DNA from: Nitrospirales bacterium
GTDB lineage: Bacteria; Nitrospirota; Nitrospiria; Nitrospirales; UBA8639
Length of the DNA: 64,000 nucleotides
NCBI GenBank assembly: GCA_963422365.1
Contig: OY729426.1
Span: 224,001-288,000 of the forward strand
Reading direction: 5' to 3'
In this document: positions 41,313 through 51,479 of the stretch, one piece after another
Layout: each line of letters opens with the position of its first letter
Position numbering within the stretch: the first letter of the stretch is position 1
Notes under the pieces: generated by a model
What the model saw: the letters and a program-made list of their open reading frames with translations, nothing else
Told to the model about the DNA's origin: nothing
Database searches by the model: none
Translations under genes and position numbers: made by a program

Positions 41313-41792
41313 ATGAAGTCGTTCCTGATTCTCCTCCATACTTTTCCGACAGGGAGGTTATGTCTGACGATCCAGACAATCCTTACGGGCCTCATTGGTC
41401 TCTCACTCGGGTTGGTCATGTTCGACAGTTCCGTCTCGGCCCAACAAACGTATGTTCTGACCGTCAAGGAGTTGAACCAAGGACTCCAAAAAGCCACAAA
41501 CCTCCAGCAGAAAGGATTTTTTCTTATTGATGTCCGCACCAGCGATGAACATACGACAGGCTTCATTCCCGGCACGGATCGCAATATTGATTTTCGGGAG
41601 ATTGGCCGCCGCCACGTGGAAATCGGCGCCAAGTTCGATGATCATATTATCGTGTATTGTCAATCCGGCCACCGAAGTAACATCGCCGCCGAAACGCTGG
41701 CAGGGCTCGGGTACCAATATGTATATAATGTCGCGGGCAGCATGAATGCTTGGAACGAGGCAGGGTATCCTGTCGACTTTCCTCGGCAATGA
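41313..41792 (+). CDS. Exported rhodanese-domain protein (start uncertain)
   Basis: LIDVRTSDE, VYCQSGHRS, AGSMNAW. Confidence 0.88.
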   Translation: MKSFLILLHTFPTGRLCLTIQTILTGLIGLSLGLVMFDSSVSAQQTYVLTVKELNQGLQKATNLQQKGFFLIDVRTSDEHTTGFIPGTDRNIDFREIGRRHVEIGAKFDDHIIVYCQSGHRSNIAAETLAGLGYQYVYNVAGSMNAWNEAGYPVDFPRQ

Positions 41793-41816
41793 GCGTTGTA
41801 CTCCGGGAATGTTTCC

Positions 41817-41887
41817 GGCTGCAATAAGATGCGGCCCTACTACAGCCTAGGCTGCGCTTTCTCCGCAGCATACGATGCTGCCCCTAC
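41817..41887. repeat. Two GTAG REP-like palindromes
   Basis: GGCTGCAATAAGATGCGGCC-CTAC and GCAGCAT-ACG-ATGCTGC-CCCTAC. The second overlaps the HD-GYP stop codon. Confidence 0.75.
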
Positions 41888-42759
41888 GGTACGGGATGTT
41901 GATTCGCTTCAAGGTCACTTCTCGACGTTGATTCTTCCTCTCTGATTTCCGAAAAAATCCGGTCAAACTCCACGTGCAGTTCTCGAAAGGCTTCGAGCAG
42001 CGTCGGGTCGAAATGCTGAGGTTGGGTTCGATCACTTCCATTGAAGATAATGTCACACGCGTTCTGATGCGATAAGGCCGGTTTATACGGTCGCACGCTC
42101 CGAAGCGCATCATAGGTATCCCCCAACATGACCATGCGTCCGCCTAAGGGAATGGCCTCGCCTTTCAACCCTTGCGGGTAGCCACTCCCGTCCCATCGTT
42201 CATGATGCGTGAGGGCGATATCTCGTGCCGCCTGAAGTAACAACGACGGGGAACCGGTTAACAAATTGGCCCCCAGGATCGGGTGCTGTTTGACGATTTC
42301 CCATTCCTGTTCATCCAACGGCCCTTGTTTTTGCATGATCCTGTCAGGAATCGCGACCTTCCCCACGTCATGCATGGGAGCCACATCGAAAATCAGTTGT
42401 GCGTCATGCTCATCGAGTCCGATGCACAGCGCCAGGATTTTACTATAGTGACTCAGGCGCTGAATGTGCGCGCCGGTCTCTTCGTCTTTATACCGAGAGG
42501 CCAGGGTCAGGCGAACCACCGTATCGGCATAGGCTTTTTCGAGTTCCCGTGTTTTTTGTCGCTGAGCGGTATAGGCCGCCTTCAGGTCTTGAGCATAGGC
42601 CTGCAATTGCTGATTCGTCGTTTCCAGTGTGTGTGATTTTTTCTGTTCACGAACCAAGAGGGCTTTCAAATCTTTGGCATACAGGACAAGTTGTGACTTG
42701 GCCGAACGAAGTTGTTTATTCAGATCATCATCCGGGACGAAATCCTGGGAGCGTGTCAT
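41884..42759 (-). CDS. HD-GYP c-di-GMP phosphodiesterase
   Basis: DEETGAHIQR, MHDVGK, HHERWDGSGYP, RPYK. Confidence 0.93.
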   Translation of the reverse strand: MTRSQDFVPDDDLNKQLRSAKSQLVLYAKDLKALLVREQKKSHTLETTNQQLQAYAQDLKAAYTAQRQKTRELEKAYADTVVRLTLASRYKDEETGAHIQRLSHYSKILALCIGLDEHDAQLIFDVAPMHDVGKVAIPDRIMQKQGPLDEQEWEIVKQHPILGANLLTGSPSLLLQAARDIALTHHERWDGSGYPQGLKGEAIPLGGRMVMLGDTYDALRSVRPYKPALSHQNACDIIFNGSDRTQPQHFDPTLLEAFRELHVEFDRIFSEIREEESTSRSDLEANQHPVP

Positions 42760-42772
42760 GGGCAACCAAGGG

Positions 42773-43149
42773 CTAGGTTGTTCGCATCTGGCCGAGCGCA
42801 TGCCGGATGGTTTCGAGAAGTTGCAAGGGGCTAAAGGGTTTGACCAGATAGGCAAAGACCTCAGGAGCTTGCTCCCCGTCATCCGCGGCAGGCTGCTCCA
42901 AAGCCGTCAGAAGAATTAGGGGATATGCCGGATGGCGGGATCAGCCAGAATGGCTTGGGCTACTTCGAGGCCACTCATTTTGGGCATCATCCGATCCAGA
43001 ATCACCACGTCAGGCTGTTCTTGCCGGATGAGTTGTAAGGCCGATTCCCCGTCCGAGGCTTCCAGAATGCGATAGGCCGGATCTTCCAAGGTGGTTTGAA
43101 GCAACAACCGAAGATCCGGTTCATCATCTGCAATGAGAAGCGTTTTCAT
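42773..43149 (-). CDS. Stand-alone receiver-domain response regulator, frameshifted near 42920
   Basis: IADDEP...ILDRMMP...HIP* continues in the -1 frame as LILLTA...YLVKPFSPLQL. Confidence 0.85.
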
Positions 43150-43209
43150 CGCCTCACGAATCCCCCTACCCCATAAGATCCGCATGACACGGAACGGGGT
43201 CAGCCACCA

Positions 43210-44091
43210 TCACACAAGGTCTTCAGGTTCGCCTTCATCACCAGACACGGCAACTGGGGGTTGTCCCGCAGAGGCCTCACCCTTTTCCATACGCCGGGCT
43301 ACGGTGATGAATCCGGAATGGGCAATCATCCGCAGGTCCGGTCGTACACTGCGCCCGTCGATATTCCAATTGCGAAAGAGGGTCTCGAAGGTTTGGATCA
43401 GCCCGAAGGCTTTGGTCTGTCGAAGTGCGTCAACCGTCTGAACCACTTGGGGAACCGTGGGCACAAAGCTCAGATAAATGCCGCCCAATCTAAGGATGGC
43501 CGGTACATGAGGGGCCACGTTCCAGGGTTCGGGTAAATCCAGGATCACCCGATCGAATCTATCGAATGCTTGGAGATCGCCTTCTATGTCCCGGCCAATG
43601 CCTTCATACGCATCACGTTGCACTAAATGGAAGTTGGCAACAGGGCCGAGAAACCGCTCTATGTTTTTTATCGCGGTTCGAGCGAAGTCTTCTCGTTTTT
43701 CATAGCTCACGACTCGCCCGCGGTCGCCCACCGCACGCAGCAAGCCTAACGTCAGAGCCGCAGATCCAACACCCGCTTCAAACACGGAGGCACCGGGGTA
43801 GACATCGGCCCACATGAGAATCATGGCGATATCCTTGGGATACAGGACTTGCGCCCCTCGAGGCATCTTCAGCGTGTATTCCGCTAAGGTAGGCCTGAAC
43901 GCGACCATGGTCTTACCCCTTGAGAAACGAACCGTGGTCCCATCAGGCTGTCCGATGAGGTCGTCATGAAGAATGGTCTCTCCACTATGTTGGAACCGAT
44001 CTCCGGCTTTGAGCGTGAAGGCATACTGACGCCCTTTTTTGTCGACTAAATGGACTCGTTGGCCTGATTGAAACGTGTGCACCGGTCGCAT
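43210..44091 (-). CDS. trmI: tRNA (adenine-N1)-methyltransferase
   Basis: MPRGAQVLYPKD, EAGVGSAALT, LDLPEPW, RPDLRMIAHSGF. Confidence 0.92.
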   Translation of the reverse strand: MRPVHTFQSGQRVHLVDKKGRQYAFTLKAGDRFQHSGETILHDDLIGQPDGTTVRFSRGKTMVAFRPTLAEYTLKMPRGAQVLYPKDIAMILMWADVYPGASVFEAGVGSAALTLGLLRAVGDRGRVVSYEKREDFARTAIKNIERFLGPVANFHLVQRDAYEGIGRDIEGDLQAFDRFDRVILDLPEPWNVAPHVPAILRLGGIYLSFVPTVPQVVQTVDALRQTKAFGLIQTFETLFRNWNIDGRSVRPDLRMIAHSGFITVARRMEKGEASAGQPPVAVSGDEGEPEDLV

Positions 44092-44236
44092 TCTAGGAGC
44101 CTGCCCCTAGGGTTGCAACTCAGACGAGTGGGACAGTCCGCTAAAAACCGATTCCAACTCTTTGAACAAACAGCCGTTTTCTTGACAGCCTCGGAAGATG
44201 CCCGTAAGATTGTTTCTGTAGGAGGTTTCCTCCGCA

Positions 44237-45616
44237 TTGAATATCTTTCGCACCATTCCTTCCCTGTTTTGGCCCCAGTTTCGGCACACCTGTGTTTCCG
44301 TGTGGCAAAATTGGAAAAAATGCGCGTGCAGTGCGCTAAGTGTTCTGTTTTTCTCTCTTCCAATCGGCCTTGCTCAGGCTGAACCTTCTCTGGTGATGAC
44401 CGCCACCTATGAAGGGGTCATCAATCCCGTCGCTGCCGAATATCTCCACCAAGCCATTGCCCATGCGGAGAAGGAACACGCTCAATTTCTCGTCTTTCAA
44501 CTCGATACGCCCGGGGGCTTGGACACGTCGATGCGTTTGATGATTAAAGATATCACCGGCGCCCAGATTCCGATTGTCGTCTATGTCGGCCCTACTGGCG
44601 GACGTGCCGCGTCGGCCGGGGTGTTCCTCACCTTAGCGGCGCATGTGTCGGCCATGGCTCCAGGGACCAATATCGGAGCGGCCCACCCCGTGGCCATGGG
44701 AGGCGGGGAAATGGACGAGGTGATGAAGGAAAAGGTGGAGAATGATGCGGTCGCCTATATCCGTTCCATTGCCGAACGTCGAGGCCGGACTATCGAATGG
44801 GCGGAAAATGCCGTGAAAAAAAGTGTCTCAGCCACTGCGACGCAAGCCCAAGAGCTCGGCGTGGTCGATCTTATTGCGTCAGACCTCCATGACCTCTTAC
44901 GACAACTCGACGGGCGGCAACTCTCTCTTGGTGAACAGACCGTGACCCTTCGGACGCAAGACGCTCGCACACAGGATTTCCCCATGGGTTGGCGACTTGA
45001 AACCATGAAAGCCATCAGCGATCCGAATATTGCGTACGTGCTCATGACCATCGGAACCATTGGGTTGATTGCCGAACTCTATAGCCCCGGCGCAATCTTA
45101 CCCGGCGTGGTCGGCGCCATCAGCTTGATTCTCGCCTTTTATTCCCTCCAGTCTCTTCCCGTGAACTATGCGGGGGTGCTGTTGTTTATTTTGGGCATCG
45201 TCATGTTGCTCCTCGAGGTCACTGTCACCAGTTACGGCCTGTTGGCGATCGGCGGGGTCACCGCCATGATTCTGGGGTCGCTTTTTCTCATCAACCAGGA
45301 TTTCCCTTATTACCAAATTTCCTGGTCTGTTATTCTTCCTATCGTCGCCCTAGCGGTCGGGTTTACGTTTCTTGTGGTTAATTTCAGCGTCCGTGCCTTA
45401 CGCAAACACACTCCCACCGGCAGTGAAGGGATGATCGGACGCATGGGGTCGGCGAAAACGAATCTAACCCCGAATGGGAAGATTTTTATCCAAGGTGAAA
45501 TCTGGGATGCCGTCAGTTCAGCACCGGTGAACGCAGGACAGCCTATTCAAATCACGCAAATCGAAGGGCTCACGGTCCATGTCAAACCCGTAGAGCCTCA
45601 AAACGAAAGTCAATAA
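44237..45616 (+). CDS. nfeD: NfeD membrane-bound serine protease
   Basis: LDTPGG, AASAG, TNIGAAHPV, TM domain, OB fold GEIWDA. Confidence 0.93.
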   Translation: MNIFRTIPSLFWPQFRHTCVSVWQNWKKCACSALSVLFFSLPIGLAQAEPSLVMTATYEGVINPVAAEYLHQAIAHAEKEHAQFLVFQLDTPGGLDTSMRLMIKDITGAQIPIVVYVGPTGGRAASAGVFLTLAAHVSAMAPGTNIGAAHPVAMGGGEMDEVMKEKVENDAVAYIRSIAERRGRTIEWAENAVKKSVSATATQAQELGVVDLIASDLHDLLRQLDGRQLSLGEQTVTLRTQDARTQDFPMGWRLETMKAISDPNIAYVLMTIGTIGLIAELYSPGAILPGVVGAISLILAFYSLQSLPVNYAGVLLFILGIVMLLLEVTVTSYGLLAIGGVTAMILGSLFLINQDFPYYQISWSVILPIVALAVGFTFLVVNFSVRALRKHTPTGSEGMIGRMGSAKTNLTPNGKIFIQGEIWDAVSSAPVNAGQPIQITQIEGLTVHVKPVEPQNESQ

Positions 45617-46432
45617 ATGGAATCCTTATTCAATCCCACTATGCTGGTTGTCTTGTTCTTAGGACTCGTCATACTGATCTCGAAAGGCTTGTATATCCTG
45701 CGAGAATATGAGCGAGCCGTCATTTTTCGGGTAGGCCGTCTGGCCCAGGGTTTAATCGGGCGGAATGGGCCCGGCATCATTCTTATCATCCCGTTGATCG
45801 ATAAACTGGTTCGCGTAAGCCTCCGCACCGTGACCATGGACGTGCCTCCCCAAGACGTCATTACGAAAGACAATGTGTCGGTCAAAGTCAATGCGGTGAT
45901 CTATTTTCGCGTGGTGGATTCGGAAAAAGCCATTGTCGGGGTGGAGGACTATTATTATGCCACCTCCATGATTGCCCAAACGACCTTGCGGAGCGTCCTG
46001 GGCCAAAGTCAGTTAGATGACCTGCTCTCGAAGCGAGATGAGATTAATGCCGACTTGCAGCGGATTATCGACCAAGCCACAGAACCCTGGGGTATCAAGG
46101 TTTCCGCCGTCGAAGTCAAAAATGTGGATCTCCCTCAAGAAATGCAGCGGGCGATTGCTCGGCAGGCTGAAGCCGAGCGGGAACGACGGTCGAAAGTCAT
46201 CCATGCCGAAGGAGAATTTCAGGCCTCCCAACGTCTCTCCGATGCTGCCAGCGTTCTGAGTCAGAATCCGGCAGCTCTGCAATTACGGTATATGGACACC
46301 ATGATGAATATCGCCGGGGACAAAAATTCCACGATCCTGTTTCCCTTGCCCATGGACTTATTAAGCCCTTTTCTTAAAAACTCGGAACCATCAAAAGCGT
46401 CCCCCCCACCAGAAGGCCCTTCTTCAGAATAG
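45617..46432 (+). CDS. SPFH/stomatin (slipin) protein
   Basis: [34 protein letters not shown]. Confidence 0.95.
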   Translation: MESLFNPTMLVVLFLGLVILISKGLYILREYERAVIFRVGRLAQGLIGRNGPGIILIIPLIDKLVRVSLRTVTMDVPPQDVITKDNVSVKVNAVIYFRVVDSEKAIVGVEDYYYATSMIAQTTLRSVLGQSQLDDLLSKRDEINADLQRIIDQATEPWGIKVSAVEVKNVDLPQEMQRAIARQAEAERERRSKVIHAEGEFQASQRLSDAASVLSQNPAALQLRYMDTMMNIAGDKNSTILFPLPMDLLSPFLKNSEPSKASPPPEGPSSE

Positions 46433-46483
46433 GTAGGGCGGCTTCCACCACGACCCATATCACCTAATGAGTGGCATACAACC

Positions 46484-47173
46484 ATGAGGAGGCTGTTTGC
46501 GGTAATCGGCCTGGGCCGATTCGGATATAGTGTCGCAGAGTCTTTGGTGCAAAAGGGGTGTGAAGTCCTCGCCATTGATCGAGAAGAGTCGAAAATTCAG
46601 GCCATCAGCGATATTGCGACCTTTGCCGTTCAATGCGATGCGACGGATGAACGCGCGCTGAAAGCCGTCAGCACGCAAAATGTCGACATTGCAGTGGTCA
46701 GCATCGGCGAAAACATTGAAGCAAGCATCCTCATCGTCCAAACGCTGGCCGAAATGGGGATCACCTCCATCATTGCCAAGGCCGTGACCAACCTTCACGG
46801 AAAAATCCTGAGCAATCTCGGGGTGACCGACGTGATTTACCCTGAACGGGATGCTGCTATCCGACTCGCTCATCGACTGGTCTCCCCCAAGGTGCTAGAC
46901 TATCTCGAATTAGCACCCGGTTATAGTGTTGAGGAGGTCGCCGTGCCGGATCGGTTTTCCGGCATGAGCATTGAGGAAACCAAAATCCGCAAACTGCACA
47001 ACCTCAACATCATCGGTATCAAGAAACAAGTGAATCGCATGATCAAGGGAAAATTAAAGAAGGAGGATACCTTTAATTTCACTCCCTCTCCCGGTGATAT
47101 GATCGAAAAAGGCGATGTCTTGGTCATGATTGGGAAAGAGCATGATCTCGACGGGTTCAGTAATTCTGAATAA
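46484..47173 (+). CDS. TrkA/KtrA potassium-uptake regulatory subunit
   Basis: VIGLGRFG Rossmann motif, YPERD, TrkA_C. Confidence 0.92.
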   Translation: MRRLFAVIGLGRFGYSVAESLVQKGCEVLAIDREESKIQAISDIATFAVQCDATDERALKAVSTQNVDIAVVSIGENIEASILIVQTLAEMGITSIIAKAVTNLHGKILSNLGVTDVIYPERDAAIRLAHRLVSPKVLDYLELAPGYSVEEVAVPDRFSGMSIEETKIRKLHNLNIIGIKKQVNRMIKGKLKKEDTFNFTPSPGDMIEKGDVLVMIGKEHDLDGFSNSE

Positions 47174-47352
47174 GGCAACCTCTTCCGGACTCCCACGAAT
47201 TCGGTGATGCGGTCTCCTTTCTTGACCGTCTTCGTCTCCACGTTCGACCACCCTGCCTGTTTTCTGACCGACTCCAAAATGGGTCCTTCCGTTCCAAGAC
47301 AGAGAAATCCGTTTCTGCTAGACTTCCTTACTGAATGAGGCTTGACCCCGTC

Positions 47353-47679
47353 ATGTCACAGTACGATTGTCAGACACTCCTCAACGAATTCCGGCAGAAC
47401 TTAGAAGTATTTTATGCTGTGCTACAGCTCGCTCCGCCCTATGATAGCGTCGAAAAAGCCATCCAGTGTCTCTCCGCCTTGTTCAAAACCAAAACGGCCG
47501 AGGAGCAGGCACAACTTCTTGGCAATGATTCCTTGAGATGGAAACTCTACGTCCAGGCCTTTATCGACTCAGGGTTGCACAAAAAACACCGAGGGATTAT
47601 CACCGGACTCGCACGCACCGACGACCTCGGTCGGTTCCCAGACTCCGTGCGATATTTATTGGATCCCTTTCGATCTTGA
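47353..47679 (+). CDS. Hypothetical protein
   Basis: Helical ORF LAPPYDSVEKAI...SGLHKKHRGII. Confidence 0.7.
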   Translation: MSQYDCQTLLNEFRQNLEVFYAVLQLAPPYDSVEKAIQCLSALFKTKTAEEQAQLLGNDSLRWKLYVQAFIDSGLHKKHRGIITGLARTDDLGRFPDSVRYLLDPFRS

Positions 47680-47718
47680 CCGTCATCTACCTATTCTCTT
47701 TTGCTGCTTCCATGGCCA

Positions 47719-47847
47719 TTGTGTTGTATTTTTACAACACAACTATTGATTTTTCACATCACCTTCACACCACCTTCATTTATTTATCATTATATTTCAA
47801 TATGTTACGTAAAATTACATTATAATTTTTATGGCCCATTATTTGCA
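47719..47847 (+). promoter_or_regulatory. Sigma54 promoter of lpxC with upstream palindrome and IHF-like site
   Basis: TGGCCCATTATTTGCA (GG-N10-GC) at 47832-47847; TTTCAATATGTTA at 47795-47807; perfect IR TTGTGTTGTA-N4-TACAACACAA at 47719-47742. Confidence 0.8.
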
Positions 47848-47874
47848 TAAATACAAGCGGCAATAAAAATATTT

Positions 47875-48819
47875 ATGAAGCGGCAACAAACCATCGAACG
47901 AACCGTATCGGTATCTGGAGTTGGACTCCATTCTGGTCGTCCTTCACAGATCAGTCTTTCCCCGGCGCCTGTGGACAATGGTATTGTGTTTCGAAGGACA
48001 GTCAACGGTCATGTTGAGATGTGCCAGGCTTCGATTCGCAATCTTAGGCCCATGGAACTTTGCACGACGATCGGCTCCAATGGATTCCAAATCCAAACGA
48101 CCGAACACGTGCTTTCGGCTCTCTGGGGTTTAGGAATTGATAATGCCTTTATTGATATCGATTCAGAAGAAATCCCGGCGATGGACGGCAGTGCGGCACC
48201 ATTTGCCAAACTTATTCAACTCGCCGGAGTCGTGAGGCAAGAATGTCCTCGGACCTATCTCAAAATTTCAGAACCCATTCATATCGGCGATCGCAATCGA
48301 GGGATCTCCATTGTTCCCGCACCCCTTCCTAAAATCACCTATACGATCGACTACGCTCATCAGTTGATTCAGCAGCAAACCTACAAACACGAGTGGTCCG
48401 CGGTGGAGTTTGAGGCCAATATTGCACAGGCTCGAACCTTTGCGTTTTTACATGAAGTGGAATCCTTATGGGCCAGCGGCTTAGGAAAAGGCGGTTCCTT
48501 AGACAACACGATTGTGTTTACAGACGCTGGATTTTTGAATGAACAGGAGCTTCGTTTTCCAGACGAATGCGTTCGCCATAAGGTGTTAGACCTCATCGGA
48601 GATCTGTCTCTCCTCGGCTGCCATATTATCGGCCACATTATTGCCAAATGTTCAGGCCATCACCTCCACACCCAACTCGTCCAAGCCATCTTAGACAACC
48701 GGGACGCCTGGACTCTGCTAGGAACGCATGAGAAGCATGAAACTGATTGGACCGATCTTGTTCCAAATGGAAAAGATTCGGTTCATGCCGTGCCTCTCGC
48801 TGTAAACTCTGCGCTCTAA
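47875..48819 (+). CDS. lpxC: UDP-3-O-acyl-N-acetylglucosamine deacetylase
   Basis: GVGLHSG, TTEHVLSAL, MDGSA, ARTF, RHKVLDLIGD. Confidence 0.97.
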   Translation: MKRQQTIERTVSVSGVGLHSGRPSQISLSPAPVDNGIVFRRTVNGHVEMCQASIRNLRPMELCTTIGSNGFQIQTTEHVLSALWGLGIDNAFIDIDSEEIPAMDGSAAPFAKLIQLAGVVRQECPRTYLKISEPIHIGDRNRGISIVPAPLPKITYTIDYAHQLIQQQTYKHEWSAVEFEANIAQARTFAFLHEVESLWASGLGKGGSLDNTIVFTDAGFLNEQELRFPDECVRHKVLDLIGDLSLLGCHIIGHIIAKCSGHHLHTQLVQAILDNRDAWTLLGTHEKHETDWTDLVPNGKDSVHAVPLAVNSAL

Positions 48820-48857
48820 ATTTGTTTATCAAGCATAGGAAACGGCCTCTCCTTATT

Positions 48858-48910
48858 GTAGCTACGGGATCTTATCCCTCCCTTCCTGGCCACATGAGAT
48901 GCGGCCCTAC
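48858..48910. repeat. Degenerate GTAG REP doublet
   Basis: GTAGCTAC-GGGAT-CTT-ATCCC...GGCCACATGAGATGCGGCC-CTAC. Confidence 0.65.
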
Positions 48911-49079
48911 AAATCAAGGCGTGTTTCTAAGAAGAATGGCCACTGTCAGCTCTGTTTGACAATTCCCCTCTCACTCCCTTCAATCCCTGTTTTCACATAC
49001 TTCGTTTTCAGGCTGTTGACTAAGCAACCGGCACAGACCGCCCGTTGAGTTCTCAAGAGGAGGGTGGTAGTGTGGAGAA

Positions 49080-49613
49080 ATGCTTGCATGTCGTGTTCCG
49101 CCCCCATGGCATATAGGCCTTCAGCTTCTCCTCTTCTTCATCTGGTTCCCTGAACTGCTCTTCGCTGCGAATATGGCTCCCGCGCCACCCTCTGGCTTTC
49201 AGGGGATTCCCTGGGGAAGTGCCTTGACTGAATTGTCTCAACTCGTACTCGTCGAGCCTGACGATCGGATCGACATTTATCAATATAAGGAACACCCTCC
49301 GCATTTTGCGAACGAACCGGTCGAGGCTATCAAGCTCTATACCATCGACGCCCAATTTGCTCGTGTGATGATCCGATACCGAAATGAAGCCACGCACAAC
49401 CGTATCAAGCAAGCGTTAGAATCGGAATTCGGGAAAATTCAACACAGCCCAGGCTCGATGATTCGTGGGCTGAACCAAGAATACTTCTGGCGCCTCGAGG
49501 AAACCGACATTAGTCTGAGTTACCGAGGGCTGGGAGAACGCGGATTACTGATGATCCAAAGCCGCCTCTTAGCGCCGCGTTTTCTGGAACTCTTGAGCGA
49601 TCATACGCATTAG
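49080..49613 (+). CDS. Exported hypothetical protein
   Basis: Signal-like N-terminus followed by GFQGIPWG. Confidence 0.7.
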   Translation: MLACRVPPPWHIGLQLLLFFIWFPELLFAANMAPAPPSGFQGIPWGSALTELSQLVLVEPDDRIDIYQYKEHPPHFANEPVEAIKLYTIDAQFARVMIRYRNEATHNRIKQALESEFGKIQHSPGSMIRGLNQEYFWRLEETDISLSYRGLGERGLLMIQSRLLAPRFLELLSDHTH

Positions 49614-49632
49614 CCCACGACCCCGGAGGCAC

Positions 49633-51273
49633 CTACCGCTCGATCCGGTTCCGGGCTTCCAACACCTTTTGCACGACCACTTCGATCATTTCCTCATCGA
49701 CAAAGGGGGAGAGGATAAAGGATTTCAGCGCCACGATCGGTTCTCCGTATTGCGAGGTACGATAGCCATCCGTTAAGGATAACATCGCTCCTCGGCCTGC
49801 CATCGCTTCTTGATGAACATATTGGAACACCTTCCGATTGTACTCATTATGCGAGACCAGCATCTCTCGATAGGCCACGTCTTTGCTTTCCGCCTCTTTG
49901 ATCCGAAACGTGTCGATTCCACGAGGATAGACCCGAAATAGCGTAACCGGGCCAAAATTATCTCGGTTCAAGACCGTGGTACAATCATGACCCTCTAAAT
50001 GTTCACGGAGCAGCTGCGACATTTCCACAATGTGTCCGATAATGACTTGCAGGCCTTGCTTCCCGAACAATTTCATGTTCGCTAGCGCCGCAAGAATACC
50101 GCCTCCCGCTCGAGAGGTTTCGAGGGTATACATCCCCGGCCGATGTACTCCAAACTGATAGAGGTACGGCATCTGCTCTTGAGGCCGACGGATGAATTCC
50201 AGGTCGTCACGATTTTTGAACAACACCAGACTCGAGATATAAGGCGCAAACCCGGGTTTGTGAAAATCGATCCCCATACTGTCTGCCAGAGACAAACTCT
50301 GGATGGGGTTACGCGCCCCTGCCAACGCGCGAATGGTGCGCGGCCGGAATCCTAAGGGATTACGCTCAAAGTCATAGTCGTTAAACACCGACCAGGCCCA
50401 GCCGATCACGGCATCGGCATGAATATGAGGGTGGTACGGAAGCTGAAATTCTTCGACCAATTCATCGCGTGCCGCCACGATCCCGGCAAGATCGTCAAGC
50501 CCAAAGGCATCGGTGGTCCCCAAGGTCGCGATAATAGCCGCGATTTTCCCTCCCCGTCGAAAGACCACTCTGGCTTGGTCTCGAAAGGCCTCTACTTTCA
50601 TGGCATTCCGTGAGTCCGTGGGAATCGTGAGAATGCTCTTCGATCCGAGTCCCAACCACCCTGCAACATTGTATCGACAATAATGACTGGCCTCGCTGGC
50701 AAAGACGACCGCTTCCTCTCGCACGCCGGCGGCCATGGCGCCCGGGATCGCTTTTTCCAATCCGATTTTGACGCCATATAACGTCGTACCGGTCCCCCCG
50801 AAGGTAAAAACCCCTCCCGCACGATCGGGCTCATACCCCACCAACCGCGCGCTCATTGCCACCATCTCCACTTCTGCCAGTGCCAGGCGGTGGCTATATT
50901 CGTCCCATCCGAGGTTGGGATTATATAAGGAAGATAACAGAACCCCGATTAAAGAGGAGATGGTCGGCGGTGGGACCACATTCTGTTGAGTCTGGGGATG
51001 CCCGGGAATGGTCAAGCCTGAACAAAAGGCCACAAGATCACTGGTGACGTCCTCCACGCTCATGCCGCTTTCAGGAAGACTCGCTTCCCGAGCCTTGGCA
51101 TAGTCCAGAGGTGTTCGCTGCCCAAGAATGGGACGCTCACTTTTCAGCGCATCCACCTCATCCATCGCACGCATGACACTGTGGACAAAATAGCTGTCAT
51201 GGACCCGATCAGAAACCGGCTGAGGAAAGCAGACGCGGATCTTGGATAACATATCGCGGTAAGGCACGGGCAT
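49633..51273 (-). CDS. Group II PLP-dependent amino-acid decarboxylase
   Basis: AAGGAG RBS, GVFTFGGTG, SHY, TLGTTDAFGLD, HADAVIG, DFHK (PLP lysine). Confidence 0.9.
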   Translation of the reverse strand: MPVPYRDMLSKIRVCFPQPVSDRVHDSYFVHSVMRAMDEVDALKSERPILGQRTPLDYAKAREASLPESGMSVEDVTSDLVAFCSGLTIPGHPQTQQNVVPPPTISSLIGVLLSSLYNPNLGWDEYSHRLALAEVEMVAMSARLVGYEPDRAGGVFTFGGTGTTLYGVKIGLEKAIPGAMAAGVREEAVVFASEASHYCRYNVAGWLGLGSKSILTIPTDSRNAMKVEAFRDQARVVFRRGGKIAAIIATLGTTDAFGLDDLAGIVAARDELVEEFQLPYHPHIHADAVIGWAWSVFNDYDFERNPLGFRPRTIRALAGARNPIQSLSLADSMGIDFHKPGFAPYISSLVLFKNRDDLEFIRRPQEQMPYLYQFGVHRPGMYTLETSRAGGGILAALANMKLFGKQGLQVIIGHIVEMSQLLREHLEGHDCTTVLNRDNFGPVTLFRVYPRGIDTFRIKEAESKDVAYREMLVSHNEYNRKVFQYVHQEAMAGRGAMLSLTDGYRTSQYGEPIVALKSFILSPFVDEEMIEVVVQKVLEARNRIER

Positions 51274-51358
51274 ACCTTGCTCCTTCCATAAGCCCTTCGG
51301 AAACGAGGATCGGGCAAAAGCTATACGTGAAATCTTGTTGTATTTTATTGTACCACAG

Positions 51359-51479
51359 CGGATCCCGCGGCTCGATGCCGGGCATGATTCGGTGCAGAGG
51401 CATGGGGAACGGCCCCATTGACGCCTAGGGATCCGATAGCGCACCATGGGCGAGCCCATCACGTGACAGGGAGTCACTC
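51359..51479 (+). ncRNA. Candidate structured 5' leader (multi-stem junction plus RBS hairpin)
   Basis: CGGATCCC/GGGATCCG closes three hairpins; GTGAC-AGGGA-GTCAC lies over the SD. Confidence 0.4.

Noticed and set aside
44237..46432. nfeD-SPFH pair as a novel system
   Set aside because: This is a well-known conserved operon.
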